Source: Macrostomum hystrix (lineage: Eukaryota > Animalia > Platyhelminthes). Taken from it: 64,000 nt of DNA. Below are positions 25,204 to 38,000 of the stretch, in pieces. A model generated the notes under the pieces. That model was not told the DNA's origin and ran no database searches. It saw nothing but the letters and a program-made list of their open reading frames with translations. The stretch is taken from the NCBI GenBank assembly GCA_950097015.1, contig CATNEN010000035.1, positions 1,240,001 through 1,304,000 on the forward strand, in the 5' to 3' direction. Each line of letters starts with the position of its first letter. Position 1 is the stretch's first letter. The translations under genes and the position numbers were made by a program.

Positions 25204-25989
25204 TCAGAAGTTTCCCTGTGGCTGTCCAGTTGGTGTTGGGCACACCGCGGCGGAGTGACCTTTGCCTGAGCACCGGCTGCAGCGCCTACCAATCGCCTTT
25301 GGGCACCGCCTACGAGGGTGTGTGGCCCGGCTGCAGCACTTAATGGGTCCCTTCTGACGCCTGTCTCTTCCGGGTGGTCCCGTTCGCACGCTGGCGGTCA
25401 GCTGCATCTGCTGCTCCAGCTGGCTCAGCCGTCTGTCTTCCACCGATACCGCAGCTGATGTGGCTGTAGTCGCGCGGCTCACCAGCTCAAGCCGCGCAGC
25501 ACTGTCGACGATGGCGGCCAGCGAACACGAGTCCACGTCCTGGTCCTTTAACAGCGCATCTCGCCCGGCAGAAGGCAGGAGTCGGATCAAGCGAAACTTG
25601 ACGTCCTTTTCCCGAGCCGCCACGGAGTCGACCGGACGGGCCCGAAGGTGGTGAAGCTTCAGGCTGTAGGCCAGCTCCCTCAGCGACTCGTTGGGCTGTG
25701 GCTTTCGCTCTTCGAAGTCCTCCATTGCTCTGCAGCAGCTCAGACTGTTGCCGAAGCACTCGATCAGCTTCTCCTTCAGCTTTTCATAGCTGGCTGACAC
25801 GTCTGCCGGCTGCTCCCAGACGAAGATTTGTGCTTCTCCTGTCACTAGCAGTCTCAGCTACTTTGCCTTCTTCTTGTCGTCCCATTCCCAGTCGTCGACG
25901 AAGTCCTCAAATTTGCTGAGCCACATTCTCACGTTGGGGTCGCCGCTAAAGTTTGAAGGCAATAATCTGGCTTGCTCTGATTTGGGCAT
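25204..25989 (-). pseudogene. Gypsy gag remnant with in-frame stop
   Basis: MPKSEQ...FSGDPNVRMWLSKFEDF...KKAK*LRLLVTGEAQ...; C-terminal zinc knuckle CSRCSGKGHSAAVC. Confidence 0.85.
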
Positions 25990-26694
25990 ACTGAGACCGC
26001 TGCCACCTGTGTAAGAGGTCCATGAGTTAGTTGCAGTGAACAACAAAACGTGCAGCGCTGACCCCCACCCCAAGCAAGCCGCACGTGCACATCTAAACTT
26101 TTAGTTCTACTTCTAGACTTCTAATTCAAGTGGTCCTTGCTAAGTGCACGCGCACCAACAAGGCATGCAGACTACAATGAAGTCCATGCCGATGATCAGG
26201 CTGGGCTGGATTCCGTCCCCGACTGTGAAGCGATAGCGCACGCGGATGATCTGGCCAATCGAAAAATCCGCTGCTGACAGGCCAAGGCAGCGCGCGTTTT
26301 ATGGCCTTCATGGTTCGCTTTCTTTTCGCTTTGCAACTGCGACCTTCGGTATTTATCGTATTTTGATATTCCTAAAGTTAGTCCACAACCCAAATGAACT
26401 TCGTCTTCCTGGTGTCTACAATCACCTAACCAAACTTAATCGAATTGAAGAGGTAAATGAGAAAACTTTAACCTTATACAAGCATTTGCCACGGTCTGTA
26501 GCGAGAGCCGGCTATAAAGCTATGTTGCTATAAACTGAAATGGTGACAGTAAACCCGGATTATGTCAATGATGTCTGCAGTTGCTGCTGCGGTCCAGAAA
26601 TGCAACTGGTTCGACAATCAAACCAGTGAACAGCTTTATTTGAGCGTCATCGCGTACTAGCCTCGATGAAGCCTCGATTATCGAATTCTTTTAA

Positions 26695-27251
26695 CAGTAG
26701 AAATACCACGGGGTACTTAAAATTCCCACATTTATCTTTTTTCTGCCTCTCCTGAAATGTTCCACCAATCGCCATGAAAATGCAGAACACTATCAAAAAT
26801 TTCCCGCTCTATCCGATTAAACAACTTCCAGAATCACGAAATGTCGGCATCGTCGAGATATTCAACAATTCTCGTCGGGGTGTCAGTTGGCAAGAACTAC
26901 AAGTAAAAACATAAGTTTTCTGCTCACCAAATTTCATCATGTAATAATGCTGGCTATATTGTTTACTATATTGTATTGATTATATTGTTTATTTATACAC
27001 TTTTGAACCAATGTGGATTCGCCAAAGAGGTTGTACTGAGCAATGCTGTTTGTCCTCCATCAGGGCCTTCGACAAGAATCGCTGAACATCTCGACGATGC
27101 TGACGTCGGACGGCTTTGAAAGTTAGTTCATCGTAAACAACGGAAAATTTCGATCCATTTGGTGGACTTTCACGAAAGTCGGTCATTAGGTTTGGGAGCT
27201 ATTGTGAAATAGGCAGTGGGTGTTTGAAATATCCCCGTGGTCTTCCTACTG
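26695..27251. mobile_element. MITE with ~30-bp imperfect TIRs (CAGTAG...CTACTG), TTAA at left end
   Basis: Left end CAGTAGAAATACCACGGGG versus right-end reverse complement CAGTAGGAAGACCACGGGG; internal similarity to 40451-40944 (tttcccgctctatccgat, aacaacttccagaat). Confidence 0.75.
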
Positions 27252-27529
27252 CTAAAGCTATGAGTATTTCTCGTGTCATTGCTCGGTATCCTGTTAGCTC
27301 ATTCAATCGGCTCTGAAGTCGTCTCATTGCTTAAACCGGCGCGATTGATAAATTCGGTAGCGCCCAAATCCAAAGATCGTGCCGAACGAGCAGATTGACC
27401 AGGTCGATCGGTCGATAGTGCTGTTCTTCCGGGTGATCGACGAAGTCTCCGAGTCTGGACAGATTTGATTGACAGGCAAACATTATTGAGAATCAGTTCG
27501 ATCTCTGGGTGAGTTTACAAATCGTTCAC

Positions 27530-27680
27530 AAACGAGCCACACACACCTGATGCTTACACCCATTTAACTGCTGGGCAAATTGAAGCAATGCAGAAGTGCC
27601 TTGCAAAGGACACAAATTGTTCCAGTGGAGTCATGAATCGAATCGCCGACCTTCAAGTCGTGCGTCTGACGCTTTAATGC
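27530..27680 (-). mobile_element. SINE family 2, diverged copy
   Basis: Reverse complement contains tgtgtcctttgcaaggcactt...ttgcttca as in 20881-21170. Confidence 0.6.
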
Positions 27681-27689
27681 TTGAGCAAC

Positions 27690-27850
27690 AACACTGCATG
27701 TACACATGCACAGAGGAGTGAACATCTTCCATGACTTTTCATGGATACGTAGTGTACAATTTCACAGCCCTCATGGACGCAAATGGCACTGCGCGACTGC
27801 ACCTTATATTAGTTGGAGTTCGGGGACCCTGGCGTGAGAGTTGGAAGTGC
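27690..27850 (-). mobile_element. SINE family 1, highly diverged copy
   Basis: Reverse complement has CTCTCACGCCAGGGTCCCCGAACTC and gtgtacaatttcac-type body blocks. Confidence 0.45.
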
Positions 27851-29329
27851 TATCCGCTCTGCCACTCCTCCACTTATCAATCGTTGTGATTTTACTAACC
27901 TGTCATGAGAGATTATGCCATCCATGACGTACCTGGTCCCTAAATCTGAAAAGGTGCAACTATTAGGCAAAACGTGCGTTAACATTTTTTAGCTGTATTG
28001 AATTATAGCTGTAAAAAAACTTACAAAAATAGCCACTAGACAAGCTGGAAACGCACAACAAACGCCAAAGTGTAGCTTTTGAAGAACATTTTAAAAAGTC
28101 TTCTTTTCTAACAGAGTTTTCCGTTTTTGTTGTGTCCGGTCTGTGAATATTCGTCCGAGGAAGTATGCAGCTTTTATCCCAAATTCGGAGTCATATCTGG
28201 CTCTCAGATGCTTTGATGCCATGCAGCGAAAATAGCAGAAGAAGGGAAAGAGACTTAATGGCAGCTCATTAACTCCACGTCCACGGATTCTTGTTGCTCA
28301 ACCAACCAGCTCTAGCTGATCGAAATGCAGCCTGTTCCCATGCTTCTCAAACTCGCAATTGATGGGTTTCTTAGTTGCTGAGCTCATCTAACACTCCATG
28401 AGGGCACATTGCTGGTTGGTGTTCAATGCGTAGGGCTTCGAGTGTTATGATCTTGAGAATATATTCGGTGAAATTCGACAACAACCAACAATTTAAAAGC
28501 GTCAAATATCCAAATATCTAGAAAATCACAAAAATTCAGGCTGACCACTAGGATCTAAAAACTTTGTTTAAGCTAGTGTTCCCATATCCCGACCCCCTCC
28601 TCTCCCCTCCTAACGGAAAGCCTCTACGGCAAACCACCAGATTTTAAGGCCTTTTCAGATACTAAAATGGCGAATGCGGATACAGCAGAACGACTGGTGT
28701 CCACAATCAGCCACAATCAGCGCAATGGGAAGACATTTTCATTGCGTAAAGTGCGGCGGGGAGTTAGAGCGTGCAGAGCGGAGAAGCTTTCGCTAAGAGC
28801 TTTGGGCTACGGGCATCAGGGATCAGGGAAGTTTCCGCTGGCAGCGTTTTGGAAAGATGGAAAAAAATTTCCCTTGCGAATGCATACGCTGATGCGCACT
28901 GCGGGAGACACAATGTCTGCGTACGCAACTACGCGCTCCCTTACTGCCCCCGCAGGGAATGCAGTGTGCCTTGCGCACGAACTAGAAGAGAAAAGATATC
29001 GCTCCCAAGTTGACCGTCCAACGCGCCAAGCCCCCCCAACACCCAAAAGGTAGCAGGCCTATTGGGCAGCAACTGCGTCTGTTTTCACCTGCGATGCTTC
29101 TGTGATGGTGGTAGAAGCGAACGATCGTGGGATAGGGAGACAGATCAAGAGAGAATGGTCTTGAGCGGCAGGCTTTTCGGGCGGGGCATGGTTCCGATTT
29201 GAAGGCGGATTCGCAGCACCACCAACCCACCAGACCAATATCTGGCTAAGCTTTCGCCCCGGCAACACGACCAAGTCTTATACCCTACTTCCCCTTTGCC
29301 TTGTTCAGCCATCGGGACGTCAAGCAGCG

Positions 29330-30345
29330 ATGGAGGCCAGACACCGTCAGCAGGACAGCAATGTAGCCTCCTGCGGCGGCACCGTCACATCAGTGCTGGC
29401 CCGTCATCTCGGCGGCCCCGTTCGAACCGTAGAGAAGACGGCGGCTATGAGGGAGCGAGGATGCTCGCGCGAGAACGTTGGCGATCGGGAGCACGACGGC
29501 TGCAGAGTCAACGATCACGACGCTGCCTCGTCCTCGCTTGGAAGCCCCGTGACTGATGACCTGGACGTTTCCGACCTGGCTAGTTGCCGGGGCGTGGTGG
29601 CGCCGGGGGCAGGTAACACTGTTCACCGCAGCGAGCTGACTGTCAGCAACATCCGCCAGCAGGACAGCGGCTGGGCCGCGCGCACCGACGTCACTTTCCG
29701 CCATCGCGCTGACCGTTTGTTTTATGTGGACTCCGGAGCTCGAATGCATGGACCCACCGACTTGCGCGACCGCGTCCGCGTGGCCGGTATTCGACGCCAA
29801 GAAGCAAGAAAGCGTCAGCAGGAGAAGCAGCAGCAGCAGCAGCAGCATCGGCAGACTCGCGTAGTTGTTCAGCACAGGCGGCAGGACAGCGGGTTGGACA
29901 CCCAGCTGAGCGACCTGGAGCGGTGTCTGGACCAGGCCATGGCCAGCATTCGGCGAGGCCGCCTTTTCACCAGCGACGGAAGAAGCTGCGCAGCCGGTAT
30001 CGGGGGCGGCAGCAGCGACTCGCTGGCTGCGGCAGAAGATCAACGCCGTCGACGTCGGGGCAACTCGGAGCCACCATTTGAGTTTGCCTACACGCAGCGA
30101 ACCGCGACTTTCAGACCAGCTGAAGTTTACGAAGAGGTTGAAATCACCACCATGCGGCCCATTGGCCGCGGCATCCAGGACCTCGGCAGCGCCAGTCGGT
30201 TCGTGTTCACGTCGAACCCACAGCTGGCTGCGACATGCCGGCGAACGGCCACCATCGCGGCGTCGACTTCAACGCCTGGCGCTGTCAGGCGTCGCCTCCT
30301 GCTGCCAACATCGCCATCGTCGCTGCGAGCTGAGCAGAGCTACCA

Positions 30346-30387
<42 letters not shown>

Positions 30388-30523
30388 TCGGAGGCATCAG
30401 TCGGCGGCCAACGTGATGGAGTACAGCAGCCATCGTTACCAGAGGCAGCAGCAGCTGAGGCAGGCGCCCGCAGCCTTCTGGGGTGGCGGTGGCGGTACTG
30501 GAAATGGCTACTGGCGCGGGTAG
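29330..30523 (+). CDS. Uncharacterised low-complexity protein with two polyQ tracts (single large exon or terminal exon)
   Basis: 397-codon GC-rich ORF; pyrimidine tract plus CAG acceptor at 29306-29308 in frame upstream; CAG runs near 29823 and 30345; no recognisable domain. Confidence 0.55.
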
Positions 30524-31317
30524 ACACTGAAGCCGAAACATTGCAGTGAGAAGTGCGTCGGAGGTGCTTTATAATTATAGCCTCAATGACAGAGTCAAAA
30601 ACTTTACTATATTTACTTTTTTCTCGATAATTTTCTTGTTTATTCAGTGCTTTTAATCAGAAATATTCTCTTGTACTAGCATGTTATTGACCGCATGAGC
30701 CTAACATTTAATCATTTTTATTACCCCTGAACTGTGATAACAACAATATAGAGAATAGTCAGCAAGCCCTGTACACTGGCGAACCATTTGAGTGAGTGTA
30801 CGTATTGGATCTACTTCATGTAGTATAAAGAAAGCTATATTGGAAACGTTTGAATTCTAAAGAGATTTCTTAAGTATCTTTTTTTCACCCTAACTTTGAG
30901 CATCTGTTATAACGATTATTTATTTTTTTATCTTTAATTATCCTTTAGTAAAAGATTCGCTATTTTAAATCACTCGAATCTATATTCTTATTAACTCGTA
31001 GCTTTACTGACTAAATTATTTCTGGCAAAAAGTACAGATTTCTGACATCAATTAGCGAAATGTTTAATTATTGTCTTGCTTAATTACTCATGTGAAATGT
31101 ATATATATATATATGTCTTATTATTTTGACTTTTTTTGCCCTCTGTTATTACTTAAGGCATCACAAAAAAGATAAATTACATACTTAGTACTGAGTCCAA
31201 AGGAATAAAATATTTTGTATCGCGTTTAAAATTTGAAGTCATTAAAAAACAAAACTTTAACACTTTTCGCGCGATGCTGGAAAGGTGAAAAACAAAAATT
31301 TTGTCGCCTGTTCATAT

Positions 31318-31957
31318 TAGCCTGAAGGTTACACCTGAACATGTAATTGGTTAGTTCCAGAACAGCCTGAAGGTTACACCTGAACAGGTAATTGGCTAGT
31401 TCCAGAACTGCGTGAAGGTTACACCTGAACAGGTAATTGGCTAGTTCCAGAACTGCGTGAAGGTTACACCTGAACAGGTAATTGGTTAGTTCCAGAACTG
31501 CGTGAAGGTTACACCTGAACAGGTAATTGGCTAGTTCCAGAACTGCCTGAAGGTTACACCTGAACAGGTAATTGGTTAGTTCCAGAACGGCCTGAAGGTT
31601 ACACCTGAACAGGTAATTGGTTAGTTCCAGAACGGCCTGAAGGTTACACCTGAACATGTAATTGGCTAGTTCCAGAACTGCCTGAAGGTTACACCTGAAC
31701 AGGTAATTGGTTAGTTCCAGAACTGCCTGAAGGTTACACCTGAACAGGTAATTGGTTAGTTCCAGAACTGCCTGAAGGTTACACCTGAACAGGTAATTGG
31801 TTAGTTCCAGAACAGCCTGAAGGTTACACCTGAACAGGTAATTGGTTAGTTCCAGAACAGCCTGAAGGTTACACCTGAACAGGTAATTGGCTAGTTCCAG
31901 AACTGCCTGAAGGTTACACCTGAACAGGTAATTGGCTAGTTCCAGAACTGCCTGAAG
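31318..31957. repeat. 45-bp minisatellite x~14
   Basis: Unit CCTGAAGGTTACACCTGAACAGGTAATTGGTTAGTTCCAGAACTG, immediately 3' of the C2 gene stop. Confidence 0.95.
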
Positions 31958-32057
31958 AATACAAAAGTTATACTGAAAAGAGTAGACAGTTAAGCCAAAG
32001 TTAGACTTAAACTCAAATCAAATAAATGTTTCTCTGAAGGTTAACAGCCAAATCTGG

Positions 32058-35000
32058 TTAGCTGTTGGTCTCGTCCACAAGGCGGTGCCATCTGCAGATC
32101 TGGTCCCCGCTAGCCTCGATCATGTCCTGCCAGTGGCTGCACTCTTCATCACCCTGACCGCCGCGACCTTCGTCAAAGAACGGTTGGTTGTTATTCAAAC
32201 GCTATTAGAAGAGAATTAGCGGCATGTGATTTCGGTTTCTGCAACTGAATAGCCCAGCTTATTACCAAGTGCGAAGGCCCCGATCAAAAGTCGCCGCTTC
32301 ATGGCTTTCTTGGCCCAGACGCCAACCTTCAGAGTGACGCCTGCCAGCTGGGACTTGTTGATGGGATAGACAAAGTTCTCCTTCCACATTGGATTCGGGT
32401 TGCAGGCGTAGGCTGGTGTTCGAGATTTGTACAGCACGCGACCGTCAGCTGCGACCACAGACAGCTTCACGAATGTGTCTGCGTGCAGATGGGGAGAGGT
32501 GAGGTTAGGGTGAAGTGGGACAGGAGGGAGAGTAGGGGGTAGGCGGGAGAGAGGGTAGGAAAGGAGGAGAGGGTAGGAAAGGAGAAGAGGGTAGGAAAGT
32601 AGAAGAGGGTAGGAAAGGAGAAGAGGGTAGGAAAGGAGGAGAGGGTAGGAAAGGAGAAGAGGGTAGGAAAGGAGAAGAGGGTAGGAAAGGAGAAGAGGGT
32701 AGGAAAGGAGGAGAGGGTAGGAAAGGAGAAGAGGGTAGGAAAGGAGAAGAGGGTAGGAAAGGAGAAGAGGGTAGGAAAGGAGAAGAGGGTAGGAAAAGAG
32801 GAGAGAGTAGGAAAGTAGGAGAGGGTAGGAAAGGAGGAGAGGGTAGGAAAAGAGGAGAGGGTAGGAAAGGAGGAGAGTGTAGGAAAGGAGAAGAGGGTAG
32901 GAAAGTAGGAGAGGGTAGGAAAAGAGGAGAGAGTAGGAAAGTAGGAGAGGGTAGGAAAGGAGGAGAGGGTAGGAAAAGAGGAGAGGGTAGGAAAGGAGAA
33001 GAGGGTAGGAAAGGAGAAGAGGGTAGGAAAGGAGAAGAGGGTAGGAAAGGAGAAGAGGGTAGGAAAGGAGAAGAGGGTAGGAAAGTAGGAGAGGGTAGGA
33101 AAGGAGAAGAGGGTAGGAAAGGAGAAGAGGGTAGGAAAGTAGGAGAGGGTAGGAAAGGTCTAGAGATCTAGATCTAGAGGAAGAAAGAGAGTGGGAGGGA
33201 GAGGTGAGGATAGGGGGAAATGAGCGAATGGGATGTCTGCTTGCAGATCGTAGATAGTGACGGGGCATGCTATAAATTTTCTAGTAGAAAATATACGAGC
33301 GTAGCTGGAAAGATCAGGAAGTTTTAAATCTTGTCAATTCAACAGAATTGATTTTATATTACGCTAGAAGTGTCTCGCCAAAGCTAGCCGAACGTTTAAT
33401 ATACTACACTCGAGCTCAGTTCTGATCATGACGGGACCTAATTTCGGGAATCTGTCTAGAAGGAATACGACTGCGCTGTGTTACCCTTCCCCTGATTTTT
33501 TAATGGGGAACTTTTAATTCACTCGTTTTTTGCATAATGGGGGCACTTCGAGATGAGGGCTTTAAAAGAGTGATAGAGAAACCATTAGATATCGACTTAG
33601 GAGCAGAAAATATCGTTTAGTAAAAATCATGGGAATGCTAACTTAGAGATCAACTAGAAATTAAGAGCGTGGGAATGAAAGTTAAGGAAAAAGATTTGGT
33701 CCCTAAAGTTCTTCAGTTTTTTTAGGATTAGAAAGAGAATTGGGAGAATGTGATCTAAAATGATTAGGAGAAAGGGATCTAGAGCAGTGGAAGAATGGGA
33801 TCTAGAGCAGTGGGAGAATGGGATCTAGAGCAGTGGGAGAATGGGATCTAGAGCAGTGGGAGAATGGGATCTAGAGCAGTGGGAGAATGGGATCTAGAGC
33901 AGTGGGAGAATGGGATCTAGAGCAGTGGGAGATTGGGATCTAGAGCAGTGGGAGAATGGGATCTAGAGCAGTGGGAGAATGGGATCTAGAGCAGTGGGAG
34001 AATGGGATCTAGAGCAGTGGGAGAATGGAATCTAGAGCAGTGGAAGATTGGGATCTAGAGCAGTGGAAGGATGGGATCTAGAGCAGTGGGAGAATGGGAT
34101 CTAGAGCAGTGGAAGGATGGGATCTAGAGCAGTGGGAGAATGGGATCTAGAGCAGTGGGAAAATGGGATCTAGAGCAGTGGGAGAATGGGATCTAGAGCA
34201 GTGGGAGAATGGGATCTAGAGCAGTGGGAGAATGGGATCTAGAGCAGTCGGAGAATGGGATCTAGAGCAGTGGGAGAATGGGATCTAGAGCAGTGGGAGA
34301 ATGGGATCTAGAGCAGTGGGAGAATGGGATCTAGAGCAGTGGGAGAATGGGATCTAGAGCAGTGGGAGAATGGGATCTAGAGCAGTGGAAGAATGGGATC
34401 TAGAGCAGTGGGAGAATGGGATCTAGAGCAGTGGGAGAATGGGATCTAGAGCAGTGGGAGAATGGGATCTAGAGCAGTCGGAGAATGGGATCTAGAGCAG
34501 TGGGAGAATGGGATCTAGAGCAGTGGGAGAATGGGATCTAGAGCAGTGGGAGAATGGGATCTAGAGCAGTGGGAGAATGGGATCTAGAGCAGTGGGAGAA
34601 TGGGATCTAGAGCAGTGGAAGAATGGGATCTAGAGCAGTGGAAGAATGGGATCTAGAGCAGTGGGAGAATGGGATCTAGAGCAATGGGAGAATGGGATCT
34701 AGAGCAGTGGGAAAATGGAATCTAGAGCAGTGGGAGAATGGGATCTAGAGCAGTGGGAGAATGGGATCTAGAGCAGTGGGAAAATGGAATCTAGAGCAGT
34801 GGGAGAATGGGATCTAGAGCAGTGGGAGAATGGGATCTAGAGCAGTGGGAGAATGGGATCTAGAGCAGTGGGAAAATGGAATCTAGAGCAGTGGGAGAAT
34901 GGGATCTAGAGCAGTTGGAGAATGGGATCTAGAGCAGTGGGAGAATGGGATCTAGAGCAGTGGGAGAATGGGATCTAGAGCAGTGGGAGAATGGGATCTA

Positions 35001-38000
35001 GAGCAGTGGGAGAATGGGATCTAGAGCAGTGGGAGAATGGGATCTAGAGCAGTGGGAGAACGGGATCTAGAGCAGTGGGAGAACGGGATCTAGAGCAGTG
35101 GGAGAACGGGATCTAGAGCAGTGGAAGAATGGGATCTAGAGCAGTGGGAGAATGGGATCTAGAGCAGTGGGAGAATGGGATCTAGAGCAGTGGGAGAATG
35201 GGATCTAGAGCAGTGGGAGAATGGGATCTAGAGCAGTGGGAGAATGGGATCTAGAGCAGTGGGAGAATGGGATCTAGAGCAGTGGGAGAATGGGATCTAG
35301 AGCAGTGGAAGAATGGGATCTAGAGCAGTGGGAGAATGGGATCTAGAGCAGTGGAAGAATGGGATCTAGAGCAGTGGAAGAATGGGATCTAGAGCAGTGG
35401 GAGAATGGGATCTAGAGCAGTGGGAGAATGGGATCTAGAGCAGTGGGAGAATGGGATCTAGAGCAGTGGGAGAATGGGATCTAGAGCAGTGGAAGAATGG
35501 GATCTAGAGCAGTGGGAGAATGGGATCTAGAGCAGTGGGAGAATGGGATCTAGAGCAGTGGGAGAATGGGATCTAGAGCAGTGGAAGAATGGGATCTAGA
35601 GGGAAACAAGAAAACGGGCTTGCCTGGCGCCCTGGACATGGTGGGTAGGCGGAACGCGCTACCCTTGATGACCTCAGCCAGCAGTTGTCCAGTGTTGGCG
35701 CTGTAGGCCAGGCCAAGGAACAGCTCCGGCTGGCTGCTGACGCCCAGGGCGCCACCGGCGACCTGATTGCTGCTGCAGGTCTCCGAGTAGCCGGTGTCCG
35801 AGCCCTGGCGTGAGAATTGCATTTGCTAATTTTGGAACAATCAGGAACCAGAAAAAAAGTGGAATAGAACTGAGACCTCAGGTAAAAGAGCAAGGACTTT
35901 TTATTCTAGAACTACGACTTCAGGAGTCCTGAAGTACGACTTCATGGGGTCCAGAACTATGACTTCAGGAGTCCAGAACTACGACTTCAGGAGTCCAGAA
36001 CTACGACTTCAGGAGTCCAGAACTACGACTTCAGGAGTCCAGAACTATGACTTCAGGAGTCCAGAACTACGACTTCAGGAGTCCAGAACTACGACTTCAG
36101 GAGTCCAGAACTACGACTTCAGGAGTCCAGAACTATGACTTCAGGAGTCCAGAACTACGACTTCAGGAGTCCAGAACTACGACTTCAGGAGTCCAGAACT
36201 ACGACTTCAGGAGTCCAGAACTACGACTTCAGGAGTCCAGAACTACGACTTCAGGAGTCCAGAACTAAGACTTCAGGAGTCCTGAAGTAAAATTTCAGTA
36301 GTCCAGAACTAAGACTTCAGGAGTCCGTAACTACGACTTCAGGAGTCCAGAACTACGACTTCAGGAGTCCAGAACTAAGACTTCAGGAGTCCAGAACTAA
36401 GACTTCAGGAGTCCGTAACTACGACTTCAGGAGTCCAGAACTACGACTTCAGGAGTCCAGAACTAAGACTTCAGGAGTCCTGAACTAAGACTTCAGGAGT
36501 CCAGAACTATGACTTTAGGATTTCAATAGATAAACTTCAACACGATTTCAGCTCAAAAGTGGACTCAGTGGTGTTGAGTCGAATCTATTGGAAAGATTTT
36601 TACCTGCGAAGTGTCATCGGAATCAGCATCAGTGGCGGCATGCTCAAGTCCGGATTGCTGCATACTCAGAAATGTAACAAAGCCTTGCTTAGCTAGGGAA
36701 CAGGTGTAGCTACTGCATCTGCTCACTAGTCATTTAAATGTTCATTTAAGCCAGACATGTTTGCATAGGCACTCAGCCATATTATACTCAGTGAACTGGG
36801 GTGCCTAACCACCATTAGGACAGAGGGTCCCATTCCCTTCTCGTCTCTCTCTCTCTCTTTCCAGCGCCTCCCATCCCCCTGCCCACCTCGCAGCAGCCGA
36901 TGGGTGAGGGGAGGGTGAGGGGAGAGAGTTGCGGCGCAGTACATTTAAGCCATTCAGGCCAGCGGTCGCCGGGGAGGGCGGGTTTTTTGGTTGGGAGAGT
37001 AACCGTGTGAGTAGGATTGAGCTGAGTCGGCTGAAGCGGCATTTCTTGTTGCGTAAAGCACCCTTAAAAATAGCCGGTTGCAAGCGGTACCCATCATAGG
37101 GAGGGGTGCTAGAATTTCCGGATTTAAATGATGGCTTGTCGGACGGAGAGTGAGAGTGGCTGGAGACTTGTGCAGCTATCGAACTGCACTTTTGCCAACA
37201 CAGCGGTGGTTCCTGAATGATTTAAAGCTGTCATACCTGCTTAGTCATTTCTTTAAATAACTAAATAGTGTATGGCACAGGACTTCCACTTCTCCATCTC
37301 TGTCGTTTTAGATTGGGATAAAAAAGTACTAAGACGAACTTCAGATACCCCCATGGGGCGAGGGAAGGGCGAGGCGAATGAATTGGACGGAGAAGAAATA
37401 TGCTTTGGGGCACTGACGGAGGTTGCCGGCTGTTCGCATCGAGGTTACTCCACTTGGAATGAGAGTGAAATGGAAGGAAAAATATAACTCACTACTCACC
37501 GAATCCAAACTTGCCGAATCTTAAGATTTCCTAACCCTAAACTTTCCTAGCCCTCAACTTTCCTAGCCCTCAACTTTCCTAGCCCTAAACTTTCCTAACC
37601 CTCAACTTTCCTAACCCTCAACTTTCCTAGCCCTCAACTTTCCTAACCCTCAACTTTCCTAGCCCTCAACTTTCCTAGCCCTCAACTTTCCTAACCCTCA
37701 ACTTTCCTAGCCCTCAACTTTCCTAACCCTCAACTTTCCTAACCCTCAACTTTCATAGCCCTAAACTTTCCTAACCCTAACCCTAAACTTTCCTAGCCCT
37801 AAACTTTCCTAACCCTCAACTTTCCTATCCCTCAACTTTCCTAACCCTAACCCTAAACTTTCCTAACCCTCAACTTTCCTAGCCCTCAACTTTCCTAACC
37901 CTCAACTTTCCTAACCCTCAACTTTCCTAGCCCTCAACTTTCCTAACCCTAACCCTAAACTTTCCTAGCCATAAACTTTCCTAACCCTAACCCTCAACTT

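Larger units (their letters stand above)
24001..26176 (-). mobile_element. Internally deleted Ty3/Gypsy LTR retrotransposon
   Basis: Diverged direct LTRs 24001-24194 and 26010-26176, both TGTAAG...GACTACA. PBS-like GGTGGCAGCGGT just inside the 5' LTR; purine tract AGGGGCAAAGTAG before the 3' LTR. gag and integrase remnants present; protease/RT/RNaseH missing. Confidence 0.88.

Noticed and set aside
23996-26181. Target-site duplication for the Gypsy element
   Set aside because: Flanks ATTAC and ATGAA do not match.
27340-27470. LGDFVD motif on the minus strand as a metallophosphoesterase exon
   Set aside because: Lacks the following RG and other motifs; all frames stop within ~50 codons.
31226-31657. 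Repeat-protein ORFs at 31226, 15788-16213, 35944-36268, 48092, 50708-51162, 60233-60708
   Set aside because: All are translations of minisatellites in several frames, with no splice or codon evidence.
32216-33268. 350-aa ORF with LLLSYP repeats
   Set aside because: Read-through of an 18-bp intronic minisatellite; only the last ~70 codons are the true C2B exon.
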